From positions 8,764 to 72,763 of the forward strand of contig JBIIRM010000004.1 in the NCBI GenBank assembly GCA_044341565.1: a stretch of 64,000 nt of DNA, given 5' to 3'. The stretch comes from Minisyncoccia bacterium. GTDB lineage: Bacteria; Patescibacteriota; Minisyncoccia; SW-4-49-11. The notes under the pieces were generated by a model that searched no databases, was not told the DNA's origin, and worked only from the letters and a program-made list of their open reading frames with translations. Shown in pieces: positions 40,656 to 49,736 of the stretch. Both the position numbers and the translations under genes were made by a program. Each line of letters begins with the position of its first letter. Positions within the stretch are counted from its first letter, which is position 1.

Positions 40656-42392
40656 TTAAGACTCTAAATGCTCTATCAAATCCATAACTTTGATCCAGAG
40701 AGCCTCTTGAGCTACGAGTTTTTCAGGAGCTTCTGCAATACCTAGTCTCACATCTTCTTTGAGATCAGCAATTTTCTTATCTATTTTATTTAATTCTTTG
40801 CGAGCTTGATATAATTCTCTTTTACGAGTTTTCTCATCTCCGGCATAGGTAGACATGGTTTGCGTAATGGCCTCAGTATTCTGCTCTTTAGTTTGATCAG
40901 CATGATGCTGTAAACTCCATACATATTCCTCATAATTCCCATTATATTTGGTGATAGCTCCATCTTTTACCTGCCAAATCATAGTTGCAAGATTATTGAC
41001 AAAACTTCTATCATGGCTCACAAAAATAAGAGTTCCTCCCCATTCTGCTAGGGAACTTCCCATAATTTCTACGGTTTCCATATCGAGATGGTTTGTAGGT
41101 TCATCCAAAATCAAGACATCATATCCTTCGAGGAATACTGCTGCGAGTCGCAATCTTGCTTTTTCCCCTCCTGATAATACGGTGAGAGGTTTATCATGTT
41201 CTGCTTTAGAGAATAAGAAACTCCCCAGAGTTTTTTTGACATCATCATCACTAATATTGATATCTGCAACTTTTCTTAGATAATCATAAATAGTAGACTG
41301 ATTTTGAGTATCAAATTCTACACTTTGGGCAAAATATCCAATTTTAAGACCATTACCAAATTTAAATTCACCATTTAATAATGGTAATTCACCAGATAAA
41401 GTTTTGAGTAAAGTAGATTTACCTTGTCCATTATCTCCCAGTACCGCAATTTTTTGACCTCTCTCTACATACAGATTTTGACCCTCTGCAATTATAGTTT
41501 GATCATATCCAATACTAATACGAGGTATATCTAATCCCATACCTGAGCTTTTTGCAATAAAAGGTAAATGCATTCTTACTTTTGAACTAGGGGTATATAT
41601 AGTCTTTTTCTCCTGAGATAATCTCTCAATATGTTTTTGCTTTGATTTAGCCTGGGCAGCCTTACTAGCCTTTGCTCCAAAGCGGTCAATGAATTCTTGT
41701 AATTGAGCTTGTTTTTTCTCAATATTAGCATTGGTACGAATAATCTGATTTTGTACAGTTTGCTTATATTCTAGATAATCATCTACATTCCCAGGATACA
41801 GAGAGATTTGACCCTGATCAACCTCTATAGTACTTGTCATTACACGCCTCAAGAATTCTCTATCATGAGTAATAAGTAATACTGTACCTTTAAAAGATAT
41901 CAGCCAATGCTCTAATAACAGAATAGTGGAGAGATCAAGATAATTGGTTGGTTCATCCAAAAGGATAAGATTTGGTTTTGCCATTAACATTCGAATAAGC
42001 TTCAATCGCATACGATATCCTCCAGAAATATCTCCAATAGGAAGCTCTAATTTTTCTTTTGGCATATCGAATTCCAGGGCTTGTTTGAATATTTCCCAAT
42101 CTTGACTTTGAGTGGTCTCAATCAAATAATCAATTCCTGTTTGCTCTAAATCAAATTCATCTTCTTGAGCAATATAGCCAATACGAGTAGACTTATCGAG
42201 AGTAATACTCCCATCATCAGGCTCTTCTAATCCTAAAACCATGCGGAATAAGGTGCTTTTCCCCGCTCCATTACGTCCAAGTACACCATAAATTTCTCCC
42301 TCATGAATAGAGCAAGTAGCAGTATTAAATATAACCTTGAGTCCATAATGTTTCTCAAGGTTATATATACGAATAAGTTCTTTTTTAGCCAT
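40656..42392 (-). CDS. ABC-F family ATPase (two ABC domains, no TMD; translation-factor/ribosome-protection type)
   Basis: 578 aa; two Walker A (GRNGAGKST, GDNGQGKST), two signatures (LSGGYRMR, LSGGEKAR), charged inter-domain linker and C-terminal coiled coil. Confidence 0.85.
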   Translation of the reverse strand: MAKKELIRIYNLEKHYGLKVIFNTATCSIHEGEIYGVLGRNGAGKSTLFRMVLGLEEPDDGSITLDKSTRIGYIAQEDEFDLEQTGIDYLIETTQSQDWEIFKQALEFDMPKEKLELPIGDISGGYRMRLKLIRMLMAKPNLILLDEPTNYLDLSTILLLEHWLISFKGTVLLITHDREFLRRVMTSTIEVDQGQISLYPGNVDDYLEYKQTVQNQIIRTNANIEKKQAQLQEFIDRFGAKASKAAQAKSKQKHIERLSQEKKTIYTPSSKVRMHLPFIAKSSGMGLDIPRISIGYDQTIIAEGQNLYVERGQKIAVLGDNGQGKSTLLKTLSGELPLLNGEFKFGNGLKIGYFAQSVEFDTQNQSTIYDYLRKVADINISDDDVKKTLGSFLFSKAEHDKPLTVLSGGEKARLRLAAVFLEGYDVLILDEPTNHLDMETVEIMGSSLAEWGGTLIFVSHDRSFVNNLATMIWQVKDGAITKYNGNYEEYVWSLQHHADQTKEQNTEAITQTMSTYAGDEKTRKRELYQARKELNKIDKKIADLKEDVRLGIAEAPEKLVAQEALWIKVMDLIEHLES

Positions 42393-42448
42393 AGTATATA
42401 ATATATTCGTCTCCTACTATGACATAAAAATCAAGTTTTGACAAGCTA

Positions 42449-42772
42449 TTATTGAGCTGGATTTGGAGTGTCTGTGACAGTCCCAGGGGTATTCTCAGGA
42501 AGAGTTCCACCGGCACTATTATTAGTGGTAGGAGTTCCTGTATCTGGAGCTGGTTCAGATATTCCCGCAGCAGGGTTTACTGGAAATTCATTAGTTTGAA
42601 TAACCTCTTCTAGCACAGGAGCTGGTTCATTACTTTGTCTATACAAAAGATATCCCAATACAGCTCCTCCTATTACAATAAGAATTAAAAGGATAATAAC
42701 AGTTTTAGAATTACCACTAGGTTGTAGAGCTTGTTCTTGAGAAATTTCAGGTGTTCCGAATGTGTCTGCCAT
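42449..42772 (-). CDS. membrane-anchored Pro/Thr-rich protein, paralog lacking C-terminal domain
   Basis: 107 aa; MADTFGTPE start and TM shared with next paralog; only low-complexity tail. Confidence 0.45.
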   Translation of the reverse strand: MADTFGTPEISQEQALQPSGNSKTVIILLILIVIGGAVLGYLLYRQSNEPAPVLEEVIQTNEFPVNPAAGISEPAPDTGTPTTNNSAGGTLPENTPGTVTDTPNPAQ

Positions 42773-42785
42773 AATATATATTTAA

Positions 42786-43313
42786 TTATTGTTCTATCTT
42801 ACCAACGGGTCGAGCATAAGGACTGAATTGACCAATCTCTTCAATAGGAGGTTGGCCATTTCTCTCCTCAGTCAAAATTTTAGTTCCATCTTTTCCACAA
42901 ATATCTTCTGCTTTTATACCTAATGGCTGCCCTCTTCTTATGAAATCAGAAGTATCATATACTGCTCCATTGATTATAGTCCAGCAACCACCTCTTTTGG
43001 AAGTATCCTCAAATTGTTTTTTTGTAATAGTAAAGTCAGGTACTCTTTCAGCTCTTCTTTTAGCTAAAGTTTCTTTATCTACAGGTGTTGTAGGAGCTGT
43101 TGTAGTATTAGTTGTGTCAGATTTTGCTGGGGCTACTTTATTAGCTTTTTCAGGAGGGTTAGCACTATTATTTTTATTCTGAACTGCTATAGTAATTCCT
43201 AAACCAATACTAGCAAAAATAATAAGTACTATGAGAATAATTACAGTCTTAGAACTGTTTTTGGATGAACTTATTTCTGGGGATGCTTCTGGTGTGCCAA
43301 ATGTATCTGCCAT
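42786..43313 (-). CDS. membrane-anchored protein with degenerate cytochrome b5-like domain (HPGG replaced, axial His missing)
   Basis: 175 aa; ...GGCWTIINGAVYDTSDF...ICGKDGT aligns to paralog 43330-43854 but HPGG is RRGQPLG. Confidence 0.5.
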   Translation of the reverse strand: MADTFGTPEASPEISSSKNSSKTVIILIVLIIFASIGLGITIAVQNKNNSANPPEKANKVAPAKSDTTNTTTAPTTPVDKETLAKRRAERVPDFTITKKQFEDTSKRGGCWTIINGAVYDTSDFIRRGQPLGIKAEDICGKDGTKILTEERNGQPPIEEIGQFSPYARPVGKIEQ

Positions 43314-43329
43314 ATTGTATTTATATTAA

Positions 43330-43854
43330 TTATTTAGCTAATGTACCAATTTTAAATCCTGCTAATACATCACTTGCCCCACCTTCTTTATGTTCCATAG
43401 GTTTTGCAAATAATTGAGTTCCATCTTTTCCACAAATTTTTACAATTTCTGCCTCTCCACCTGGATGATTAGGTACATATGAAGTAATATCATATACATC
43501 CCCATTAATAATAGTCCAACATGAAGATTTAGTATTTTTCTCAGCAACCTGGGCTACAGTATATGTAGTTCCCGTTGGAATAAAATTAGGTGCGGGAGTA
43601 GAGCCAGCTGGTGGAGTTGTTGGGGTGGGAGGGGTAATTGATCCGGGAGCATCTGTACTAGGTACAACAGGTTCTGCTACTTTTGCAGAGTCACTTGTAG
43701 TAGCAGTTTTATTTGATTCAGCATTTGACTTATATACAAGATATCCCAAAAATCCAGCAGAAAGACCTATTAATACAATAAGAATAATAGTAAATTTTGA
43801 AGCTTTTGGGGCTTCTTTTTCTACGGGTGCATTAGGGGTGATTTCCGGTTCCAT
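43330..43854 (-). CDS. membrane-anchored cytochrome b5-like heme/steroid-binding domain protein
   Basis: 174 aa; TM, Pro/Thr linker, then YTVAQVAEKNTKSSCWTIINGDVYDITSYVPNHPGGEAEIVKICGKDGTQLF...H matching Cyt-b5 family signature (HPGG). Confidence 0.65.
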   Translation of the reverse strand: MEPEITPNAPVEKEAPKASKFTIILIVLIGLSAGFLGYLVYKSNAESNKTATTSDSAKVAEPVVPSTDAPGSITPPTPTTPPAGSTPAPNFIPTGTTYTVAQVAEKNTKSSCWTIINGDVYDITSYVPNHPGGEAEIVKICGKDGTQLFAKPMEHKEGGASDVLAGFKIGTLAK

Positions 43855-43917
43855 AAAGATAATATTTATATTAGTAACTTATGATTATATAATATCATAA
43901 TGATTATTTTTTGCAAC

Positions 43918-45060
43918 TTATATATTCTTTTTCAATAAGGGTATTATAATTAACTCTATATTACGATATAAATAGGCAAATCCAAAAGAAATTGGAAGAG
44001 TTATAGTTAAGGGTACAAGAGTATAGAGAATAATTTGTACGAGTAATAATTGATTAGGAAATGGCTGTAACATAAACATAATTTGTTGTATAGGAAAATG
44101 AAATAAGAATATCCATAAGCTAATACGCCCTAGAGGAGTGAATATGTTTTGGAGAATTTTACTCATGGGACTGGATTTGTGTACATAATTCCATAATGTA
44201 AATATAACAGCAAAACCAAAGAATATCTGAACATTATAAAATGATAAAGATTTCACTATTGTTTCACTAAGATTAAGATATGGGAGCAATATAATAATAA
44301 GAGCTTGTAGTCCAAGATATATCCAAATTAATTCTCTCCATATCGAGGATGGGGCTTCAGTAAAAATATTTTTCCTTACCATTCCATATATAAAGAATAT
44401 AAGATATTGTCCACATAGGGGGATTCCCCATATATACCAAGTATCAGGGATAAGGAAAGATATAAGAGATATAATAAGAGCTCCTATGAGGAGATATTTG
44501 GGACTTCTATTGCGAATATAATCGAGCAATGGGTATAAGAGATATAATTGGAATAATACCGGGATAAAATAAAATGGTATGGCAGCCTCCCCAGATATTA
44601 GTAATTTAGGAAGATTACTATCCCCACTATACCCTACTTTCCATAATATGATGGATAGCATAATATAGGGTATTGCAATACGAATAATTTTACTGCCATA
44701 AAAGTATAGTATAGCTCCCCTATTCCATATAAAAGGATTTAATAATAATCCTGATATAAATAAAAAAACAGGAATAGCAAAGCGGAATATATTATTGATA
44801 ACACTTAATACAATAATATCAAAATTAGTATTGTATTGAAGCATCAAAAAATAACAGGTATGGATAATTATTACCCCAATAATAGCAATTCCCTTGAGGG
44901 TATCAATAGCGGGGATTCTTTTTTGAGTGATTTTACTATTTTGGGTATCAATATTCCAAAATAATCGTGCATAACGAGGAGTAAACAACAGGATAATAGT
45001 TCCTGTAATAATAACCAGATATTCTAATAGGAATTGAATTTGGACTTGTAAAATATTCAC
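43918..45060 (-). CDS. acyltransferase family 3 (OafA-like) membrane protein
   Basis: 380 aa, about 10 TM; N-terminal R.PAIDTLKGIAIIGVIIIH motif typical of acyltransferase_3. Confidence 0.55.
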   Translation of the reverse strand: MNILQVQIQFLLEYLVIITGTIILLFTPRYARLFWNIDTQNSKITQKRIPAIDTLKGIAIIGVIIIHTCYFLMLQYNTNFDIIVLSVINNIFRFAIPVFLFISGLLLNPFIWNRGAILYFYGSKIIRIAIPYIMLSIILWKVGYSGDSNLPKLLISGEAAIPFYFIPVLFQLYLLYPLLDYIRNRSPKYLLIGALIISLISFLIPDTWYIWGIPLCGQYLIFFIYGMVRKNIFTEAPSSIWRELIWIYLGLQALIIILLPYLNLSETIVKSLSFYNVQIFFGFAVIFTLWNYVHKSSPMSKILQNIFTPLGRISLWIFLFHFPIQQIMFMLQPFPNQLLLVQIILYTLVPLTITLPISFGFAYLYRNIELIIIPLLKKNI

Positions 45061-45500
45061 TATTTTAACTCAGGGATAAGAGTTGGTATATAGGGCTGAA
45101 TAGGGAAAATAAAAGTACGGGTACCTGTCCTCTTAATTAAATCATTAAATTGGCGTATATCTATATTATGCGTTTCAACTAATTTATCATATGTACTTTT
45201 CTTTGCATTAAAATCATCAACAGATTCATTATATTTTGGTACAAATTCATTATATTGTGCTATTTTTTTATTAGAAAGTAATTCATCCAAAGTCTCTTTT
45301 TCTTTATTGAGTCCAAGTGTTTTCTGTTCTAATTCCTGTTGTTTCTCTTCAATTACAGAATAGTTTATATTAATGGTATTTTCCAATGATCGAGCTGTTT
45401 GAGTATCCTCATAGTTGATATATTCTTGCCAACCCCACCAAGCTATATTGGCAGCTCCATATAAGACTAAGAATACAGCTAATAGTTTTAATATTGTCAT
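45060..45500 (-). CDS. N-terminally anchored coiled-coil hypothetical protein
   Basis: 146 aa; one TM then charged helical region. Confidence 0.35.
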   Translation of the reverse strand: MTILKLLAVFLVLYGAANIAWWGWQEYINYEDTQTARSLENTININYSVIEEKQQELEQKTLGLNKEKETLDELLSNKKIAQYNEFVPKYNESVDDFNAKKSTYDKLVETHNIDIRQFNDLIKRTGTRTFIFPIQPYIPTLIPELK

Positions 45501-45570
45501 ATGAATATAGATAATGTTTATTTTATTTAACTATATAAAGTATAGCGTAAATTGTGTAGTAAGTAAAATT

Positions 45571-45999
45571 CTATGTAGATATTGGGTATTTCTTTTTCAT
45601 ATCATTATATCCTTTTTTGATGAGCTCAGATAATACATTAATATCTATATCAGATAATTTATTAATATACAGACAAGATACACTGGTCTTATGTTTTCCA
45701 AGCTTTGCTAGGAGATCTTGATATTGTTTAAATCCAGGCATAATATACACAGTAAGATTAGCTTTGCGAGGTGAGAATCCCGTAAGAGGCCAATCCCCCT
45801 TTTGTGAACTTCGCATAGATTCATAATGATACTGACCAAATCCAATAATACTACTTCCCCAGAGTTTAGCTTTTTCCCCTGTTATCTTTTCAAATAGTTT
45901 AAGTAAAGTAAAAGCATGCTGTCTTTTAGCTTCTGGTTCAATGGTATTAAGGAAATCTAATACACTTGCATTTGATACTTTCGTTTTAATTTCAGCCAT
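45571..45999 (-). CDS. small cytoplasmic protein of a YdhG/DUF1801-like superfamily (uncertain)
   Basis: 142 aa; ...LWGSSIIGFGQYHYESMRSSQKGDWPLTGFSPRKANLTVYIM... recalled as a conserved domain-of-unknown-function pattern. Confidence 0.35.
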   Translation of the reverse strand: MAEIKTKVSNASVLDFLNTIEPEAKRQHAFTLLKLFEKITGEKAKLWGSSIIGFGQYHYESMRSSQKGDWPLTGFSPRKANLTVYIMPGFKQYQDLLAKLGKHKTSVSCLYINKLSDIDINVLSELIKKGYNDMKKKYPIST

Positions 46000-46331
46000 A
46001 GAATTAAAGTTATTATGTCCTTAATATTTTATCCATAGATTTTCCTTTTGCGAGTTCATCAACTAGCTTATCTAAATATCAAACTTTTTGAGTTCTTCCT
46101 TTTTTCTCAACTTTCTGTATATACAGAGGATAAACTAAACCAAAGCTCATTTTAGCCATTCGTGCATCATGATGTTGGGTAGTGGTCATAGCGAATCATA
46201 TTATTATGTATGTATCATAGTTTAAATACGTTATTTATCAAATATAGCTCATATAAGGATATCCACATATACAATTATTAAAGGAAAGTATATAATATAA
46301 ATGATCTTATTATATATTTTTAATTAATAAT

Positions 46332-47072
46332 ATGTTTGATATTCTATTTGCTCGTACATTCTTTATCGTGGGAGGTATGCTTGTTATAACCGCCATTACC
46401 GCTCTTATTAACAAAGGATTTGAGACCGCAGCAGAAATGTGGCTAAGCTTCTTTGCAGGTCTTGGGTTGTTAATTGCTATTTTCTTTTATGCAGATGTTT
46501 TTCCTACTAATTTGATTCTTGTTGGACTTTTCTCCGCTCTTGTAGGGTGGCAAGTTGGTCCAACAATATCAGGTTTAGGCCAACGATATAAGTTTAGAAA
46601 ACATCTCAAGGATAACAATATTATTATTGGTAAAGGACAAGATATTACAAAAGAACAACGAGAAGAATTTGCTACATCTTTTGATAGTACAAAATATCAA
46701 TCAGAATGGAATAATACGGTATTCCAAGCACTATTTGCTACAGCAATAGCAGTATTTGCCACCGGAGCTACTGTTTTCTTAACCAGTATTGATTTTAGTT
46801 TTTTGAATGGATTTTTATTTATTTCATTAATTATTTTACTTATTATGGGGCTCTTAAATGTATTCATATTCCGCTCCCATATGTTCACATTTATTAGTTC
46901 TTATTTTGGGGCTGTTATCTTTACCCTATATCTCTTATTCGATTTTAATAGACTAGAAGCGATGGCAGGAGATGAATCTTGGGCAACTGCTATAGATATC
47001 TCAGTTAATCTTTATTTAGACATTATTAATTTATTTTTGGATTTACTCACTATAATTTCCGAGTTCAATTAG
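46332..47072 (+). CDS. Bax inhibitor-1/YccA (TMBIM) family membrane protein with inserted cytoplasmic loop
   Basis: 246 aa, 7 hydrophobic segments; C-terminal family motif ...AIDISVNLYLDIINLFLDLLTII. Confidence 0.55.
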   Translation: MFDILFARTFFIVGGMLVITAITALINKGFETAAEMWLSFFAGLGLLIAIFFYADVFPTNLILVGLFSALVGWQVGPTISGLGQRYKFRKHLKDNNIIIGKGQDITKEQREEFATSFDSTKYQSEWNNTVFQALFATAIAVFATGATVFLTSIDFSFLNGFLFISLIILLIMGLLNVFIFRSHMFTFISSYFGAVIFTLYLLFDFNRLEAMAGDESWATAIDISVNLYLDIINLFLDLLTIISEFN

Positions 47073-47090
47073 GATACTATAGTAATATCT

Positions 47091-47807
47091 ATGAATCCTA
47101 TCATCAAAGATATACAAGACTCCCTTCGTCAATATGCTTCTCCCGAGAGGAAAATCAATGTAGAGAGATTTTTTAAGACAGGAAAAGGGCAATATGGAGA
47201 GGGCGATGAGTTCATTGGGGTAAGTAATCCCGATGTCAGAAAAGTCGCGAGGCAGTACAAAGATATCTCCTTAGATGAGATAGAATTACTACTCCATTCC
47301 CCTATTCATGAGGATAGATTATGTGCTCTCATTATACTCGTCAATCAGAATGATAAAGCCTATTCAGAAGCTCAGAAACAGATAGTTAATTTGTATATTG
47401 TCAATTTGCATTATATCAATAATTGGGATCTTGTGGACCTCTCAGCTCATTATATACTCGGTAAAGCCATATATGATGGGATACAGGAGAAAGCCATACT
47501 CGATACCCTAGTCGCCTCCCCTATTCTCTGGGAGCGAAGAGTTGCTATTATAACTACATTTTACTTTATCCATAAAGGCAATATTGATGAGACTTTGAGA
47601 TTATCTAAAGTTTTACTCTCCGATAAGGAAGATTTGATGCATAAAGCTGTAGGCTGGGCTCTCAGGGAAGCGTGGAAAAAGGACTCCCATCGAGTAGAAG
47701 GTTTCCTCCAAGAGAATTATCCCCATATCCCTCGCACCACTCTCCGCTATGCTATTGAGCGTATAGAGGAGAATAAGCGTAAGAGATTTTTGAAGGGGGT
47801 ATTTTAG
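47091..47807 (+). CDS. DNA alkylation repair protein (AlkC/AlkD-like HEAT-repeat glycosylase family)
   Basis: 238 aa; ...RKINVERFFKTG...GVSNPDVRKVARQY...WDLVDLSA...KAVGWALRE pattern of the DNA_alkylation family. Confidence 0.6.
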   Translation: MNPIIKDIQDSLRQYASPERKINVERFFKTGKGQYGEGDEFIGVSNPDVRKVARQYKDISLDEIELLLHSPIHEDRLCALIILVNQNDKAYSEAQKQIVNLYIVNLHYINNWDLVDLSAHYILGKAIYDGIQEKAILDTLVASPILWERRVAIITTFYFIHKGNIDETLRLSKVLLSDKEDLMHKAVGWALREAWKKDSHRVEGFLQENYPHIPRTTLRYAIERIEENKRKRFLKGVF

Positions 47808-47812
47808 ATTAA

Positions 47813-48859
47813 TTATTTCCTCATAACTATTTGTGCCAATTTAATCATTGTCCTAAATGAAATATCAGGAGATGCAACTTGATTTACCGTCCCAACGATA
47901 AACATATCTTCTTTTGGACTATAATACGCCAATGCACCCGAAAGTCCTGAATGTCCTATAAAATAAGGCATAGCCCCTGTCGGGTTAAAAATCCAAGGAA
48001 GTTTAAATAAGTGAATACCTATACCTGATTGCATAGGGAAAAAGATATTATTCCATTCTTGTAAATCATTTATATATTCTTTTGGGAATAATAAACCCGT
48101 AAAAAAGGCTTGAATAAAGATAAGTATATCCGCTGATGTTGATACAATACCACCATCTGCACCAAATGAGGTCATAGCTTTCGGGATATCAAGTTCATTC
48201 TCTTTATAATACAGTGTTTTCGGTGTCTTATCAGTTGCGTCTGTATACAAGTAGGTATGAGATAATTTAAGAGGCTTAATTATCAGCTCATCACAATTAG
48301 TAGCATAGGTTTTATTCGTAATCAGTTCAATAATTTTACCCAGCAATTGAAAATTAGCATCAGAATAATTGGCTTTATTTTTTGTCCCTGGAAGAAAAAG
48401 CGGTGGCATTGCTTTTGTTCTTTCAATAGCTTGCTCAAAAGTCCAAAATTGGTCATTCCCATTTTTGATATCATCTTCCAAACTTTGCCCCTCTCTTCCC
48501 TTTCCTTGAAAATAATCAGCCAGTCCAGATGTATGAGATAAGAGATGTTTGATAGTGATTTCATCTGAATAATCATTCCCTTTATATATATGTAAGCCAT
48601 TCATAATAGACTTATCCAGATATATACTGATTTTGTCTTCAAGTTTCAATTTCCCCTCTGACTTGAGATATAAGATAATAGCAGTAGTAAATAGTTTTGT
48701 TGTACTCGCAATAAAATAACTTTGATCAATAGAAAGATTCCCCGAAGCTCCAAACCATGTAAAATCCCCCTTTTTTATACCAAATGAAGCCCCAAATATT
48801 TTCTTCCTGTCAACGGTTTTATCTAGAATTGCTTGTAATGAATGTTCTTTTTCAATCAT
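47813..48859 (-). CDS. serine hydrolase of the beta-lactamase/penicillin-binding-protein-like (class C/esterase) family
   Basis: 348 aa; S-x-x-K (ASTTKLF), Y-x-N (YSDANF) motifs. Confidence 0.7.
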   Translation of the reverse strand: MIEKEHSLQAILDKTVDRKKIFGASFGIKKGDFTWFGASGNLSIDQSYFIASTTKLFTTAIILYLKSEGKLKLEDKISIYLDKSIMNGLHIYKGNDYSDEITIKHLLSHTSGLADYFQGKGREGQSLEDDIKNGNDQFWTFEQAIERTKAMPPLFLPGTKNKANYSDANFQLLGKIIELITNKTYATNCDELIIKPLKLSHTYLYTDATDKTPKTLYYKENELDIPKAMTSFGADGGIVSTSADILIFIQAFFTGLLFPKEYINDLQEWNNIFFPMQSGIGIHLFKLPWIFNPTGAMPYFIGHSGLSGALAYYSPKEDMFIVGTVNQVASPDISFRTMIKLAQIVMRK

Positions 48860-48934
48860 ATGTGTATGGGTATTGGGGTAAGTTATTACTATAGTAGCAT
48901 ATTGGGTTGTGGGGAGTAAAGCGGGGGGATTTTG

Positions 48935-49022
48935 CGGAGAGAAAGGGATTCGAACCCTTGATAAGTTTGACCCTATACTGCGTTTCGAATGCAGCGCAAT
49001 AAACCGGACTATGCGATCTCTC
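48935..49022 (-). tRNA. tRNA-Ser (anticodon CGA), long variable arm
   Basis: Reverse complement: acceptor GGAGAGA/TCTCTCC, 3-bp D-stem, anticodon loop TTCGAAA, long variable arm, T-arm AAGGG-TTCGAAT-CCCTT; no CCA. Confidence 0.8.
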
Positions 49023-49103
49023 CAATAGTATGTATTATGGTCTATTTTTGTGATTATTTCAAGATAATGATAAGATATATAAATAGTATAAACTCATATT
49101 TTT

Positions 49104-49215
49104 ATGTCATTCCAAGGCTACGGCCATTATTAATTGGTTACATGAAGATTTTGATTTAGGACGTGGTCATGCTATGGCTATTGTAGCTACTTTTAAACAA
49201 TTTCATAAAGAGTAA
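49104..49215 (+). pseudogene. remnant of a DUF4287-family gene (internal deletion plus frameshift)
   Basis: MSFQGYGHY-stop (phase A) then ...WLHEDFDLGRGHAMAIVATFKQFHKE-stop in phase A+1; recalled DUF4287 proteins begin MSFQAY and end ...WLK.EYGLGHGHANAIVHV; middle about 30 codons missing. Confidence 0.4.
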
Positions 49216-49220
49216 TAAAG

Positions 49221-49251
49221 AAAAAAGCCCTCCAAGTTGGACGGCTTTATT
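49221..49251. terminator. rho-independent terminator (bidirectional)
   Basis: AAAAAA-GCCCTCCAAgTTGGACGGC-TTTATT directly after stop of gene 49247-49564(-). Confidence 0.45.
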
Positions 49252-49564
49252 GAAGTACCCACACCGTGATTAGTGCTAAAGCAATTAAGGCTTTCCCAAT
49301 ATACACCTGAACAGGGGTGATGCATGGGAAATAATGAGGTATGAAAGAAGTGTCATAGGGTTCTTGCCCTCCTTTAGACATATACGCTTTTTCCCAGAGT
49401 GTTAGAGGACACTTTCCTTTGTAAAAAAAGGGTGTGACTGCGACTACACTAAAGAAAATAGTATAAAAAATGAGAAACCCGAAAGGAGCAAAGGGAAGAT
49501 AAATAACGCCCCCTACTACTGAAAGCACCAAAAGTTTATGTGCATCTGCAATTTTTTTTGCCAT
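49247..49564 (-). CDS. small membrane protein, hypothetical
   Basis: Start placed at internal ATG (MAKKIADAHKLL...), 105 aa, 2-3 TM; track ORF extends to TTG at 49672 through a promoter-like region. Confidence 0.4.
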   Translation of the reverse strand: MAKKIADAHKLLVLSVVGGVIYLPFAPFGFLIFYTIFFSVVAVTPFFYKGKCPLTLWEKAYMSKGGQEPYDTSFIPHYFPCITPVQVYIGKALIALALITVWVLQ

Positions 49565-49736
49565 TGTCAAATACTCCACTTGAGAGACCTGATCACTTTT
49601 AGGAGTGGAAATCAGCATGGAATTTGTATAAAAGAGCATCATTATACTAGCATAATATGTCAATTGGTACAAAATAGCGTATCTTGCCCTCTATAGCCTC
49701 TTATGATACTATAATACATATATTACAATACATTAT

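Noticed and set aside
46020-46196. Minus-strand 59-codon ORF upstream of 45571-45999 (MTTTQHHDARMAKMSFGLVYPLYIQKVEKKGRTQKV-TGA-YLDKLVDELAKGKSMDKILRT)
   Set aside because: Contains an in-frame TGA and I cannot assign it to a family with confidence; may be another gene remnant but evidence is insufficient
49565-49672. N-terminal extension of ORF 49247-49672 from a TTG start
   Set aside because: Extension overlaps promoter-like sequence (TTGACA ... TATAAT-like) and adds an unsupported 36 aa; internal ATG at 49562-49564 preferred, though not proven
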